Below are positions 26,757 to 39,550 of a DNA stretch of 64,000 bases, one piece after another. A program made the translations under genes and the position numbers. Source of the DNA: a virus (Duplodnaviria > Caudoviricetes); the IMG/VR virus record IMGVR_UViG_3300028833_000101, positions 40,703-104,702 of that record, one strand, 5' to 3'. The notes beneath the pieces were generated by a model that worked only from the letters and a program-made list of their open reading frames with translations, was not told the DNA's origin and did not search any database. Each line of letters opens with the position of its first letter. Position 1 is the stretch's first letter.

Positions 26757-27287
26757 ATGACTACAACAGAACTAATTGAAAAAGCAGTAGAAAACTTAAA
26801 TAGAGTTAAGCAATTAAACCTAAGCATAACAAGCATATTATCGCAACTTGGTAATGATAATAATTTTTCTGTATCAATATTAGATAATGAAAGCGACTGC
26901 ACATTTGATACTATTATTGATGAAAATATATCTACTCAACAACTATTGCCAGATGACCATACAAAGCTATCCCCAGATAATATTATAATGTTAAGAATAG
27001 CTAAGCATATATTTGAAGCATATAAAAAGTTTAAAAACAATGTTGTCAATGCTAGCCTAACACTAAATAATAATCCAACTATTAGTTCAGTAAAAATTGG
27101 TCAAGCTACTTATGACATAGGTGTTAATGGTAGAAGCTTAACTGCAACGTTTGATGAAGTAGATGAGTTAAAAAATAAGCTTGATAATTTACAAATTGAA
27201 AAAGATCACTTAGAACAAGAATTACAGAGCACAAAAGCAATAGTTGATTTACTGTTTCAACGATGTCAAGATAAAGGGATTTTATAA
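26757..27287 (+). CDS. LRxAY-family protein 9 with C-terminal coiled coil
   Basis: AVENLNRVKQLNL...IMLRIAKHIF. Confidence 0.72.
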   Translation: MTTTELIEKAVENLNRVKQLNLSITSILSQLGNDNNFSVSILDNESDCTFDTIIDENISTQQLLPDDHTKLSPDNIIMLRIAKHIFEAYKKFKNNVVNASLTLNNNPTISSVKIGQATYDIGVNGRSLTATFDEVDELKNKLDNLQIEKDHLEQELQSTKAIVDLLFQRCQDKGIL

Positions 27288-27291
27288 ATAA

Positions 27292-27492
27292 ATGATTGAA
27301 CCTTATATTATTTTAACTCTTTGGCTCATTAATCTTGCTGTCAGCAGTTTACTTATATTGTATTTTCAAAAAAATAAACGAAGACCAACTGACTTTTCTG
27401 GCTGGACATTTGGAATTATTATTTGGAATATATTTATTACAATACTGTGTATAGCATTGATGTCATGTTATTTTACTGGGGTGCTTGGTTAG
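27292..27492 (+). CDS. Small membrane protein with two TM helices
   Basis: Two hydrophobic stretches separated by a basic loop. Confidence 0.6.
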   Translation: MIEPYIILTLWLINLAVSSLLILYFQKNKRRPTDFSGWTFGIIIWNIFITILCIALMSCYFTGVLG

Positions 27493-27765
27493 AAATTTGT
27501 AAAAACTATTTACAAGTTTTTATGATATAATATAATTATAAGGTAAAGTTATATTTAGAAAAGCAACTAAAGATGAGTTCAAAAATAAACAAAGTTGACA
27601 CTTATAAAGCTGCATTGACCTTAAAATCTTATAAAGTAATTATCATTCTCCAATTAGAAAAATGGCTTAATGCCATTTTTTATTTACTAGCCAATTAAGC
27701 GATTTTTTTTGCTAAATTAATTGATAATAATTAATTGATAATATTTTATTATAGGAGGAGAGCTG

Positions 27766-28638
27766 ATGGCAACCAAAGAACAAAAGAAACATGGTTTTAC
27801 GGTTATGTATGAAAAAGATGGCTACTATTGGGGCAGCTATGACCCATGGCCATCTAAGGATGATACTAAGCTTATTAAAGTTGCTGTTTGACGTGGTTAT
27901 CAAGAGCCAGATCCAACTGGAGAAACTGAATATATTGGTATTGTAGGACCACAGGGGCCAAAGGGCGACAAAGGTGACAAAGGTGATACTGGTCCTCGAG
28001 GTCCAAAAGGGGATAAGGGCGATAAAGGTGACCAAGGTGAAATTGGCCCACAAGGTGAACAAGGCGAACCCGGAGAAAATGGCCAAGATGGTGCACAAGG
28101 TCCTAAAGGTGATACCGGTGCTAATGGTATTACTCCTCATATTGGTGATAATGGAAACTGATTTATTGGAGAAACTGATACAGGTGTTCATGCACAAGGC
28201 CCTAAGGGCGAAGATGGAGCGGGTGGTGAAGGCGGAAGCTCACTATCAAGAGAAGAAGTTATTACCATTGTAAACGAAGCGATTGAAAGTGGTGAAATTG
28301 ATCTTAAGAAAGAAGAATACATTGTAGAAGACGTAGATGAATTAGACCTCTTAAGATTGTTTAGAACTGAATATGCAATTAATATTATACCAGTAGACCC
28401 TGAACTTAATACCGATCGTATTGTGATCGAGCCTAACACTGCTTGAACTGAAGAAACAACAAAAGTGGTTATTAAACCAGCTGATGGTGTTATTGGCAGC
28501 ATCAATAGTATTATCTCTGTAGAAAATGCAGATTATGTAGTAATTGATGACCCAGAAGCCCCAGAAGGAGCTTTAGTTATAGTTTTAAATAATCCAACTG
28601 CTGATGTTAATATTTCAGTAGAAGAAAGCTTTAAATAA
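27766..28638 (+). CDS. Collagen-like (Gly-X-Y) fibre protein (missed by the ORF track)
   Basis: AGGAGGAG RBS; about 20 GXY triplets, then GITPHIGDNGN(W)FIGETDTG with Trp as TGA. Confidence 0.85.
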
Positions 28639-28653
28639 TGGAGGAACTGAATA

Positions 28654-29781
28654 ATGGCAACTGCAAATATTAAAAAATTTGTTACTATTGATAACTTAAA
28701 AACAGTTATTGAAGAATTTAAAAAACATAATAGAACTATTATTGATGTAACAGAACTTCCATTATCTAATATTGACAGCACTAAAATTTATCGTTTAATT
28801 ACAGATGTTCCAGGAAAAACTGAAATTAGTCATGAATATAAATTATTTATAGCTAATATTGTAGATAACCAAAAATCACCTGGTATAGCTGGAATTTTAG
28901 ATACTCTTAATCAAAATGGATTTATTGAAAATATAGATTATTTTACATATCCATTAGCAGACGTGCCTGATTATGGTAGTGATTATACTTTATTATATAT
29001 AGATTATATAAAATTTCAAACCATTAGACAGAAGAGCCAATCATCTACCTTTAAAGCAAATTTTTATGATTTTCATGTTGTTGAAAATGCAGATGAATTT
29101 GAAGCTTTATATAACACTCTTATAAATAAGCCTTTTGATGAAACACAAGAATATAAAGATTGGCTTAGTGAACAAGGTTTAAATAAATATTGTTATTGCT
29201 ATGTTTATATTAAGAATACAGATGGCTTAGAAAATAAAGACTTTATAGATGCAAGTAATTTTGAAGATTTATCGTGGAATAATAATCAAATACCAAATTT
29301 TTGGGAAATTGATTATTATGCTACTCCAGATGCTGATAATTATACAAATGATGGTGTTTGGTATATTGACGCAGTTGATCCTATAGTTTCTACTACCAAT
29401 ATTACAGATTTATTTTCGAGTTTGGTTTCTTCTGATCTATCTAATCTAAAGGATAACCCAGAACTTTATAAGGTAGTAGATTTAGTCACAGAAAATATTA
29501 CTGAACCGGTGCACACAGAAGCTTTATATACACATAATATTACTGGCTGAGAAAAAATTGAAATCGGTGGAACAAGTAGTATAGTTTATGCTACAAATGC
29601 TGATGTTGACCTTGGCTTTGGAATTCTAACTTTTGCAGATAATATTTCAATTGAAGATACATCTTTAGTAGCAGATGATACAACTACTATTGATGAAGAA
29701 AACCATCTTTTAGATTTAGATGGTGATGAATATAATAATGGAACTAATCCAGAGGATAACTCCGGAGAAGATAAAGAATAA
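28654..29781 (+). CDS. Putative virion fibre/accessory protein
   Basis: GGAGG RBS; extends through TGA at 29548 to TAA at 29779. Confidence 0.6.
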
Positions 29782-29807
29782 TGTTAATTTAATTAAAGGA
29801 GAGAAAA

Positions 29808-30728
29808 ATGAGTAATTACATTGACAAAATTAAAAAAGACGGAGTTATCTATAATATCCGTAGTATTGGAGCATATCTTGTTGAGCAAGAACCCGTTGCA
29901 GCTCCAAGTGGAATTAGTGGAAATTTAAACTATGAGCCTGATGAAGAAAAAGGTTATCAAGTATTAGACACCATTTATTCTGCTGGACAAATTAATACTA
30001 TTACTTATGGTAAGGTTGTTTGCCACTTACTAACGCTCGATACAACTTATAATACAGCTTATTATATTAGTGCTTTTGAACCAACTACAGTCATTGTTCC
30101 AGAAGAAAGCGGTGGTGAAGAAGTAGGTGGTGGTGAAGTAGAAAGTGGTGGAGGACTTAAAAAGGCTGCTCTTAAATCCAGCGGCACACTTAACCCAGGT
30201 GATGAAGTAGATGGCGCTGAAGCTATATTAATTGCTTTAATTGGCGGTAAATTTATTACACATCAAATTATTACAGCTGCTTCAGTGCCAAATGATATTT
30301 TTGTTGATACTTCTAATGAATGGAAACCAGATGAGCTTTTATTAGAAGATAAATATTATAATTACCAAGATTGATTTAGTGCTAATATGGGTGCATATTT
30401 AGAACGCAAACAAACTGCTTGGGAAGAAGAAAATGGCATTTCCGGCGGCGAACAAGAAGAAAGCGGTGGAAAAAGACGCCCTGATAGACTTCCTGAAATT
30501 GATGAAAATTTTGAACCAACAATTAAAGACTTGATCTGAGCAAGAACCTTAAGCAGCAATGATGAAAATGGCGGGAATGAATTTATGATAAAAACTGCTG
30601 ATATCTTACTTAATAGTTTTGTCCACAACACACAAGCTCGTATATTTTTAACTGGCCTTATGCCAATGTACACTGGAGAAGAACTTGATCCTATCAAGCC
30701 TAATCCAGGAGAAATGCTAGAAGAATAA
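29808..30728 (+). CDS. Hypothetical late protein
   Basis: AAGGAG RBS; extends through TGAs to TAA at 30726. Confidence 0.6.
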
Positions 30729-30756
30729 AGCATAAAATAATTGGAGGTAGCTAAAT

Positions 30757-31269
30757 ATGGCTGAAGAAAAGAAAGTCTTAACGACTGAAAATTTAGCTGC
30801 AATTAAAGAGCTTAATGATGCTTGATATCAAGAAAAACTTGAAAGCGGCGTAAATATAAAAACTATTAATGGTATCTCTATTTTAGGAAATGGGGATATA
30901 GTTATTAAAGCAAGTGACGGTGGCGATGCTAGTGTTGAACTTTTAGCTACTGCTTGAAGAAAAAATAATTGATATGATTGCAATACTCTTGTAACATATA
31001 ATAAAAAAATTTATCGCTGTGTAAACTCTAACTCAGATTCAAGCTTTAATACTCGTAACTGAGAACAAACAACTATTGCAGATGGTATTTTAGATATAAT
31101 GTATAATCAAAATTATGTTAACTGAAGTGATGCCTATAATGCTGCAAATAGCTGCTTAAATGATAATTTTGCTTCTAAATTTGATACAAGATTAAATAGT
31201 CAATTTAATGATAAATTTGATGCAAGATTTGATGCTAAAATGGATGAATTGCTAAATACGGAGATGTAA
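30757..31269 (+). CDS. Fibre-associated protein with CBM5/12-like carbohydrate-binding motif (missed by the ORF track)
   Basis: QEKLESGVNIKTINGISILGNGDI fibre motif; A(W)RKNN(W)YDCNTLVTYNKKIYRC...N(W)E with the Trps as TGA. Confidence 0.7.
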
Positions 31270-31273
31270 TATT

Positions 31274-33805
31274 ATGGCCAGTAGTAAATATAATATAGCT
31301 ACATTATTTCATGATATTGCAGATAGTATTAGAGATAAGCTTGAGTACCCAAAAGAAGCTTATACTATAAAACCAAAAGAGTTTGCAGATGAAATTTTAA
31401 ATTTACCTCAAACTATTACTGGTGGTGCGACATATGCTGACCCTGCATTATTAGTAGAGGGAACTATTACAGACATAACTAATGATGCTGCATATATTAA
31501 ACCTTATACTTTTGCTTATTGTTCAAATCTTACTAGTGCTGAATTTCCAAAATGTTCAAAAATTGGCTCTAATACTTTTTTACAGGCTGTTAATTTAAAT
31601 TCTATCAGTTTTCCAGTTGTTGAACAAATTGAGCCTTGGGCATTTAGTAGCTGTGCTGGTTTAGTTACAGTTAGTTTTCCAGAATGTATTAGAATTAATA
31701 CAGGAGCATTTTGTAATTGCTCCTCTTTGCAATCTGTTACTTTGAGTAAATGCTCTTATATTGGTGATCGTGCTTTTTATAGTAATAATGAGTTAATAAG
31801 CTTAAATTTAGAACAGGTTGAATATATTGGGCCTTCAGCTTTTCAATATTGTACTAAACTTTCTAATATTTCACTGCCAAATGTCACTTCTATTGGAATG
31901 TATGCTTTTAATGGAACCGCTACTGATAGTCTATTTAGAAACTTATCACTATCAAAATGTAGAAGAATTGAAAGTTATGCATTTGCAAATGGCTTTGATA
32001 CTATTTCATTACCAGAGTGTACTTATATTGGTTCACAAAATTATGGAGGCGGGTCAAACTATACCTATAGTTTAAGCTACTTAGAACTTCCAAAAGCTCG
32101 TATGTTAGATAGAGTTTTTTGTAACTACTGGAATTTACAGGCGGTTAGTTTACCAGAAGTAACTATATTAGCGGCAACGTTTTCAAACTGTCGTTATTTA
32201 AGCAATGTATATGCACCAAAAGTTACTTCAATTTACTCTGATACTTTTAACAGCTGCTATTCATTGTCATCCGCTGTGTTTTCTAAAGTTACGTATCTAG
32301 GCAGTGAAGCTTTTGCTAATTGTTCAAATCTTAGTACAATATCTTTTGGTAAATTAACTACCATTTGTTCATTTGCTTTTTATGGTTGCTCCAAATTAAC
32401 AGATATAAATTGTGGCTATGGGACAAATGTATTACCAGTAACTACAATTTCAGATGGAGCATTTAATCGTTGCTCTATGTTGCCAAGCATAACATTTTTA
32501 TATTGCAGTAATTTTAGTTCTGTAAATATTTTTAGTGACTGCTCTAATTTAACAACGTTAATCTTTTTACCAAGTAGTGCTACTTTTTCTAGTAAATTTA
32601 ATCTGCCAGCAATACAAAGTATTTATGTTAGGTCAAGTTATATTAGTGTATGAAAAAATACTAAAAATTTATCTCATTACTCTAACATTATTCAATCTTT
32701 GCCAGCAGATATTGAATCATTATATACATTTGAGAAAGAATTTTATAGTTCAAATATATCTGAAATACCATTATCAAAAATAAATACTAAATATATATTA
32801 AGTAGTGCTTTTTGGCGTTGCCAAAATTTAAGCACTGCTTTATTGCCAGAGGCAGTAATTATAGATGGCTCTGCATTTTATTCATGTAAAAATTTAGTTG
32901 AAGTCTCATTACCAAATGCTATTAAATTAGGCAATTATTGCTTTTACTCTGATAATAAAATTTCAAATATCTATTTACCAAACTTAATATCAGCTGGTGC
33001 TTATTGTTTTACCTCTTGTACTGCATTTTCAAAGATGAGCTGTATTGACTTACCAAATGTTATTGAACTTGGTGCACAATGTTTCGCATGACTTAACATA
33101 TCTAAAATTTTTGTTCCTAAATTACAAACTGCCGGTCCGGGATGTTTTTCTGTTAATAGATGACTACAAACTATAGATTTACCAAATTGTACAACACTTG
33201 GTGAAAGTTGTTTCTGAGCATGTGAACAATTAAGTAGTATAAATATTCCATTAATAACAAGTATTCCAAAAGGAGCTTTTTATGCTTGTTATAGTTTATC
33301 TGCTATTCCTAATAACTCTACACTTACTGCTATTGGTTCAGACGCTTTTGCAAACTGTCATAATTTACAAGGTGATATATTTTTGCCAAAAGCTAGTATT
33401 ATTGGTTCAAACGCTTTTTATGGACTTATGAATTCAAATATAAATAAAATAATTTTAGGAAATGTAAGTATAGGAACAAATGCCTTTACATCAATTTATA
33501 ATCTCTCTGCTGTGCATCTTGCTGGTGGTACTATTAGTTGTTATGCATTTAGAAGCTGTAGAACAATACCAAGTATTTATTTTTATAGTTCTAAGTTAAT
33601 TTCTATGGAATTAGCAAATCGATCCCCAGTAGTCCTATTTGGTGGTACTGATATTGGAACGATATATGTAAGACAATCATTGTTTAATAATTATTTAAAA
33701 GATTCAAATTGAAAATATTATTCAAGTCATTTTAGTAGTCTTACAGATGAAGAAATGAATATATTATATCAAGAAAATTATGGATTACCCTATAATCAAG
33801 ATTAA
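31274..33805 (+). CDS. BspA/TpLRR (LRR_5) leucine-rich repeat protein 1 (about 843 aa)
   Basis: Repeats of IGxxAFxxCxxLxxxxLP; IYVR...YLKDSN(W)KYY cap; three ORFs joined through TGA. Confidence 0.85.
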
Positions 33806-33820
33806 TTTGGAGGCAACTAA

Positions 33821-36703
33821 ATGGCAAATTCTGTAAATACTACTTTAAAAAACATAGCAGATGCAATTAGATATAAATTAGAAACTGATGAACTAATTTC
33901 ACCAATAGATTTTCCAAGTAAAATTTCTGAAATTCCTGTTGCAGTAGGTGGTTTTGATGACCCAACACCTATTATTACTGGAACTGTTAGGCTTGTTAGT
34001 AATAGTGCTTCATTTATTCGTGCTTATGCTTTTTATGATTGTTCACAGTTAGCAGCTGTAAGTTTTCCAAATTGCACAAGTATTAATAATGGGGTATTTG
34101 CTAATTGTAGTGCTTTAAAAACAGTTAATTTTGCTACCTGTACTTCTATTGGAAGTAGCGCATTTTATCAATGTTCAAATTTATCAACATTTTCTTTTCC
34201 GAACTGTGAATATATTGGTAATAGTGCTTTTTATAATTGTTCAAAGCTATCTAATATAGATTTACCAAATTGTAGCTTTATTGGAAATAACGCTTTTACT
34301 AATTGCTATAATATTTCAAGTATTAATTTACCTAATGTTAAAGTTTTAGGGGGAGCAGCATTTTGTGCTTGTAGAAATATTACTGGGCCGGTAAGTTTAC
34401 CTGTTATTAGTAGCTTATATGATAGTGTATTTTATGACTGTAGAAATATTACCTCAGTCTATCTACCAGAACTAACATCTTTATATGGCAGTGTATTTGA
34501 AAACTGTTCACAATTATCTAGTTTTTATTTACCAAAGATAAAGACTATTTATGGCAACGCTTTTTATAATACTGCCTTGACAGGAAGTATTGAGTTATCT
34601 ACGCTTGAAGGGATTGGTAGTTCGGTTTTTGGCAAAACATCTATAACTAATTTTAGTGCTCAAAATTGCTCTCGAATAGAAAATGGTAATTCGCCATTCC
34701 CATCCAGTATTTTAAGTATTTATATGCCAAACTTAACTAAGATTTATGGATGTGGATTTCAAAATTGCTCCAATTTACAAACCTTAGACATTCCATACTC
34801 GAAAATTGATTATATTAATGCATATGCTTTTGCAAATACTCCATTTTCAACCCTTACATTAACTGGCATTTCCAGTATTTTATATGGAACATTTATAGAT
34901 TGTTCAAATTTAGTTAGTATCTATGTGCCATATGCAGTTAATATTGATGCATGATCTGGCTATTCTCAAGCAGGCATTTTTGCAAATTGTTATAATTTAA
35001 CAACCATAAATAATCCACAAAATATTGTTAACTTTAGAGACATTAAATGGGATACTTTTAAAAACTGCAGCGCATTAACACATATTACACTGACTGAGGC
35101 AAGTAAGATCTATACTGGAGCATTCGCTGGGTGTAAAAATTTACATACACTAATTTTATTAGGTGATTCCCTTTTTAATAGCTATCCAGCAAATGCTTTT
35201 ACAGATACTCCAATCTTAACTTCCAGTTATTTAGGTACTTATGGAAGCATCTATGTACCAGCAGTATATTTAAGTTCTTATAAAGCTAACTGACCGGAAG
35301 TTTCAGAGAGAATCGTAGCGCTAGATTCGTCAGATTATATTGCACCATTTGAATTTGCAGAATCAAATATTTCAGAAATTCCACTCTCTAAATTAAATGC
35401 TTATTATATAGGAAAAAATGCATTTGTCTCATGTAATAACTTAGAGTCAGTAACATTATCTAATTGTTTAGCTATGGCTGTAGATGCTTTTGAGTACTGT
35501 TCACAATTAGTATCTGTAAATTTACCAAATTGCTTAACTATCAATAAAAATTATACTGACATGAATTGCTTTTCTGGTTGTGAGAATCTTAAAATAATAA
35601 ATCTTCCTAAAGTAAAAAGACTTGATAATACAAATTTTCCAAGTAGTCTTGAAAGTATTAATTTAGCAAATTGCTCAGATATTACTGGCTATGATACTTT
35701 TTCTGGTTGTAATATTAGTATGATAGATCTTCCAGAATGCGTGAACGTAGGCCCTGCTACTTTTTCTGGTTGTAGCTTATTAACTTCAGCAAATTTACCA
35801 AAAGTTAAGTACATTTCTAACAATTGCTTTATAAGCTGCACTAATTTAACAGAAGTCACTATTGGACCTGCTACAAGTGTTATTGGTTATTGTGCATTTC
35901 AAGGATGCACAAATCTAAGTAGCTTTAATTTTTCTCAAATACAAGTCATAGAAGGAAGTGCTTTTGCGGATTGTTCAAATTTAAGTGGCACCTTACATTT
36001 AGAAAATGTTTCATCATTTGGACTATATGCTTTTAGAAATTGTCAAAATATCTCAAGTGTTATCTTATCTTTTGATAAAATAACTACTTTTGGTCAAGGT
36101 GTATTTAATGGTTGCTCCAATATAATGTCAAGTTTTATAGGTGGAAACTATATATGTGACTCTCTCGGAAATCCAGTTTGGTATCAAGGACCATACTCTA
36201 CAGATATAACAACTTTAGCTTTTCCAAATACTTATAGACTTGGAATATTTGGTAATCAACTTGGTAATTGTTGGAGTATTCAAACTATTGTTTTTCCATC
36301 TACAATAACAAGTATTCCTGCCGAATTTTATTGCAGTAGAACTATTCAACTAGATAACCATCAATACCCATTAAATACTGTTTATATTTTAGGAAATCCG
36401 TTCATTGGTAATGATGCCTTTATGTATAAAACACACTTAAGTTCTGTTTATATCCTTGGCAGTGAAATGGCTTCATTTGGCGGTAGAGGTTGAGGCGACT
36501 ATACTTTAATTAATGGTTGAAGTGGCTGGGGTTCACGATCTGCATCTGGTAAAATTTATGTAAGAGCATCATTAGCTGATGCTTATAGAAATCAAGTTGC
36601 AAGCTTATCAAGTTTAAAAAATGCGACAATTGAAGGATTATCTGATGAGGAAATAGATAATTTATTAATAGAATTAAATCAAACTTATCCTAATGTTATA
36701 TAA
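33821..36703 (+). CDS. BspA/TpLRR (LRR_5) leucine-rich repeat protein 2 (about 960 aa)
   Basis: Same repeats; N-terminal IADAIRYKL shared with protein 1; joined through TGA. Confidence 0.85.
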
Positions 36704-36753
36704 TAATTTTTATTGTATAATATAAATATAAAAGAAGAAAAGGAATTTTTAAT

Positions 36754-37731
36754 ATGACTTTAGATATTTTAGTCCCACAATATAAAGAAACTGATGAAGT
36801 TATTAAGCCATTATTAGATAGTATTGCACTACAACAAGGTATTGACTTAAACGATGTTGGAGTTATTATTGTAAATGATGGTTCAGATGTATTTTTAACA
36901 GATGAATTCTTAAATAGCTACCCATTTAAAATTCAATACATTAAATCAAAACATGATGGAGTAAGTGCAACAAGACAAAAAGCATTTGATGCTTCAAAAG
37001 CTGATTACGTTATGTTTTGTGATGCTGATGATATGTTCTGCAATATGTGTGGAATGTGGATTATCTTTAGAGAAATGGGAATTGGATTTGATAGCTTGGT
37101 ATCTGTATTCCATGAACAAACTAAACTACCGGGCACTAATGAATTAACATTTATTAATAGAGAGCAAGACAGCACATTTGTCCACGGTAAAGTTCATAGA
37201 AGAAAATACTTAATTGAACAACAAATCAAATGGAACCCAAGTCTGACAATTCATGAAGATAGCTACTTCAACATTCTTTGTCAAAGATGTTCTCCAAATG
37301 TAAAATACTGTCCAACCCCATTCTATTTATGGAAATGGCGTGATGATAGTATTTGTAGAAGTGACTTCAAGTATATCTTAAAAACTTATAATAATATGCT
37401 TGATAGCAGCACAGCTCTCGTAAAAGAATTCTTACGTAGAAATAGATATCAAGAAGCTCAATTCTATGCAGCTTCAATGGTATATGATGCTTACTTCACA
37501 ATGAATAAAGATGAGTGGATTAACCAAGAGAATAAAGAATATAGAGATAATACTGAAAAACGTTTTGCTCAATATTATAAAACATTCAAATATATGGTTG
37601 ATACTATTCCCCAAGAAAGTAAGACTGTTATTCTAGCCGGGTTAAGAAATCGCTTCTATATGGAAGGTTTACAATTTGAAACAATAACCTTTGATGCTTG
37701 GATTAAACATATTGAAGAGTTAGCTGACTAA
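36754..37731 (+). CDS. Glycosyltransferase family 2
   Basis: LDILVPQY...IIVNDGS...GVSATR...YVMFCDADD...HED motifs. Confidence 0.9.
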   Translation: MTLDILVPQYKETDEVIKPLLDSIALQQGIDLNDVGVIIVNDGSDVFLTDEFLNSYPFKIQYIKSKHDGVSATRQKAFDASKADYVMFCDADDMFCNMCGMWIIFREMGIGFDSLVSVFHEQTKLPGTNELTFINREQDSTFVHGKVHRRKYLIEQQIKWNPSLTIHEDSYFNILCQRCSPNVKYCPTPFYLWKWRDDSICRSDFKYILKTYNNMLDSSTALVKEFLRRNRYQEAQFYAASMVYDAYFTMNKDEWINQENKEYRDNTEKRFAQYYKTFKYMVDTIPQESKTVILAGLRNRFYMEGLQFETITFDAWIKHIEELAD

Positions 37732-37777
37732 TTAATAAAAATTATAAAAAGACAACTTAAAAAGTTGTTTTTTTTTA

Positions 37778-37806
37778 TTTACAAACTTCTTATTTAGTTG
37801 TATAAT
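37778..37806 (+). promoter_or_regulatory. SigmaA-type early promoter TTTAC(A/T)-N17-TATAAT (one of about 28 in the window)
   Basis: Others near 27509, 38331, 39501, 40078, 41195, 42012, 45644, 47859, 50487, 51347, 52152, 52426, 52848, 53614, 54221, 55305, 56010, 56691, 57279, 58077, 60812, 61316, 61856, 62396, 62753, 63608, 63915. Confidence 0.9.
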
Positions 37807-37825
37807 ATAAATAAAGGATTAAAAT

Positions 37826-38299
37826 ATGAACATTTATATTGCTGCAAGCTTTGCATATGAAGATAAAGCTAAAACCAGTCAAAAGAAAGACTTAATTGAA
37901 AAAACTGTCAAGAGAATTAAGAAGTTTTTAAAAGGCAATTATTACTTACCACATCAATTAAAAATTCCAAATGCTTGGGATATGAGTTTAGAAGAATGGT
38001 CAAAAGCTGTTTATGAGCATGACATGGAAGTACTAGAAAAAGCAGAAGTTGTAATTTTTCTAAGCTTTGGTAAAGAGAACAATGCCGGGTCGGCTTGGGA
38101 AATGGGGTATGTTCATGGGTTTAATCTACATGAACAAGTTCACTTTCAAAAAACAGTTATAGTAATAAAGATGACTGATGAGCCAGAAAGTCTTATGATT
38201 AGTAATTCAGTAGATAGAATTATTATGAGTAATGAAATTGAAACTTATGACTGGAAGACATTTCCAAAATATAAAACAGTTTTAAACAAACTAAGTTAA
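37826..38299 (+). CDS. Nucleoside 2-deoxyribosyltransferase/nucleotide N-hydrolase family
   Basis: IYIAASF...D...AEVVIF...GSAWEMGY motifs. Confidence 0.8.
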   Translation: MNIYIAASFAYEDKAKTSQKKDLIEKTVKRIKKFLKGNYYLPHQLKIPNAWDMSLEEWSKAVYEHDMEVLEKAEVVIFLSFGKENNAGSAWEMGYVHGFNLHEQVHFQKTVIVIKMTDEPESLMISNSVDRIIMSNEIETYDWKTFPKYKTVLNKLS

Positions 38300-38378
38300 G
38301 ATAATTAAATAAAGAAACTTGTAAAAACTATTTACAAGTTTCTTTTTTTGTGGTATAATATAAATGTGAGGTAAAAGT

Positions 38379-38816
38379 ATGGAAACTATTGTTAGAGAAA
38401 AAACAACTTATGGATTTGTTTTATTTGATAAATATATTTTATGTGATATTAAAACATATCCAGCAAATGATGTCAATTTTAGACGCTTAGATGAAATTGA
38501 TAAGAAAAAAGCTAAAATCAGACAATACAATAGTTTAAAAGTTTTAAGAAAAGAAGTACCTGGACATTTACAACAATGGCGTTATTGGTTACCTAAACAT
38601 AAAGAAAGTGAATGGCTTAAAGATAAAGTTGAACCTTGGTGGGACGAAATTTATACTTTAGAATCATTACTAAAAGAAGCTGGCTTTGGTGAAGCCGGTT
38701 TTGGTGGAATTGGTGCTTTAAGCAGCTGGCATGATACTGGCGCTTGGGAGTATTGTATTAAGCACAAGTATTTTAAAATTATTAAGATTAAAGAAAGATT
38801 AATTTTTGAAGAATAA
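38379..38816 (+). CDS. Early hypothetical protein (paralogue of 39121)
   Basis: DKYILC...IRQYNSLKVL; own promoter; all Trp codons are TGG. Confidence 0.75.
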   Translation: METIVREKTTYGFVLFDKYILCDIKTYPANDVNFRRLDEIDKKKAKIRQYNSLKVLRKEVPGHLQQWRYWLPKHKESEWLKDKVEPWWDEIYTLESLLKEAGFGEAGFGGIGALSSWHDTGAWEYCIKHKYFKIIKIKERLIFEE

Positions 38817-38853
38817 GTATTTACAGACAAAAATATTTAGAAAGTAGATTAAT

Positions 38854-39117
38854 ATGAAAATTGAAATAGAAGTTAAATTTAATATTGATGATAAGGTGTT
38901 AGTTAAAAAGCCGCATAGTGGAAGCTATCAAAAACCAGAACCATTTATTGCAGTAATTGGTGGCTATACAATTACTAAAAATAAAAGATCAACTACAGTT
39001 AGATATACCCTGGAGCCACTTATTAATGATGGTTATTATCATTTTAATGCTGGTATCTCTGACTGGAACCGTAAAAAGAAATATAGTGTCAATGAATTAG
39101 AAAAAATTGAGGAATAA
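38854..39117 (+). CDS. Early hypothetical protein (KFNIxDxV, SH3-like)
   Basis: ORF track; IEVKFNIDDKV N-terminus. Confidence 0.65.
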   Translation: MKIEIEVKFNIDDKVLVKKPHSGSYQKPEPFIAVIGGYTITKNKRSTTVRYTLEPLINDGYYHFNAGISDWNRKKKYSVNELEKIEE

Positions 39118-39120
39118 ATT

Positions 39121-39492
39121 ATGAAACATTTGCATAGAGAAGTTATTGGCTATACTGTTATCATTTTAGATAAATATATTTTATGTGGAACTGCTAATAA
39201 TTTACAATGGAAAGATTTAGAAAATTTAGGAAGAGTTAATATTAGGCACTATAAAAGTTTAAAAATTTTACTAAATAATTTATGGTATCATATGACTGAT
39301 TATGGTAGCAACAATTTTAAGTCTATACTAGATGCTGAGTTATCTAAAGCAGGATATTTAAGATACACAGGCTATTATGAAGTTACAGATTATCGTAAAA
39401 AAGAAGCACTTAATTATCTTATTGATGCCGGCTTACTTAAAGTTGTAGAATTACAAGAAAGTATTGACATTGAAAAAGAAGTTAAATTTTAA
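39121..39492 (+). CDS. Early hypothetical protein (paralogue of 38379)
   Basis: DKYILC...IRHYKSLKIL. Confidence 0.7.
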   Translation: MKHLHREVIGYTVIILDKYILCGTANNLQWKDLENLGRVNIRHYKSLKILLNNLWYHMTDYGSNNFKSILDAELSKAGYLRYTGYYEVTDYRKKEALNYLIDAGLLKVVELQESIDIEKEVKF

Positions 39493-39550
39493 TAAAGCTA
39501 TTTACAAATAAAGTAGTTTATGTTATAATAATAATGCGAGGTAAATTAAA

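Noticed and set aside
27292-27492. Holin call for the two-TM protein
   Set aside because: No adjacent endolysin and no family-specific motif; topology alone is insufficient.
8464-33805. TGA as Gly (code 25) or selenocysteine
   Set aside because: Motif contexts require Trp; the TGAs are not at catalytic Cys positions and no SECIS pattern was seen.
281-36703. Fragmented structural genes as pseudogenes of a decayed prophage
   Set aside because: All breaks examined are in-frame TGA, with no frameshifts or internal TAA/TAG, and they fall at conserved Trp positions.
31274-36703. Diversity-generating retroelement acting on the LRR/fibre genes
   Set aside because: No reverse transcriptase in the window and no near-identical TR/VR pair differing at adenines was seen; it cannot be excluded elsewhere in the genome.
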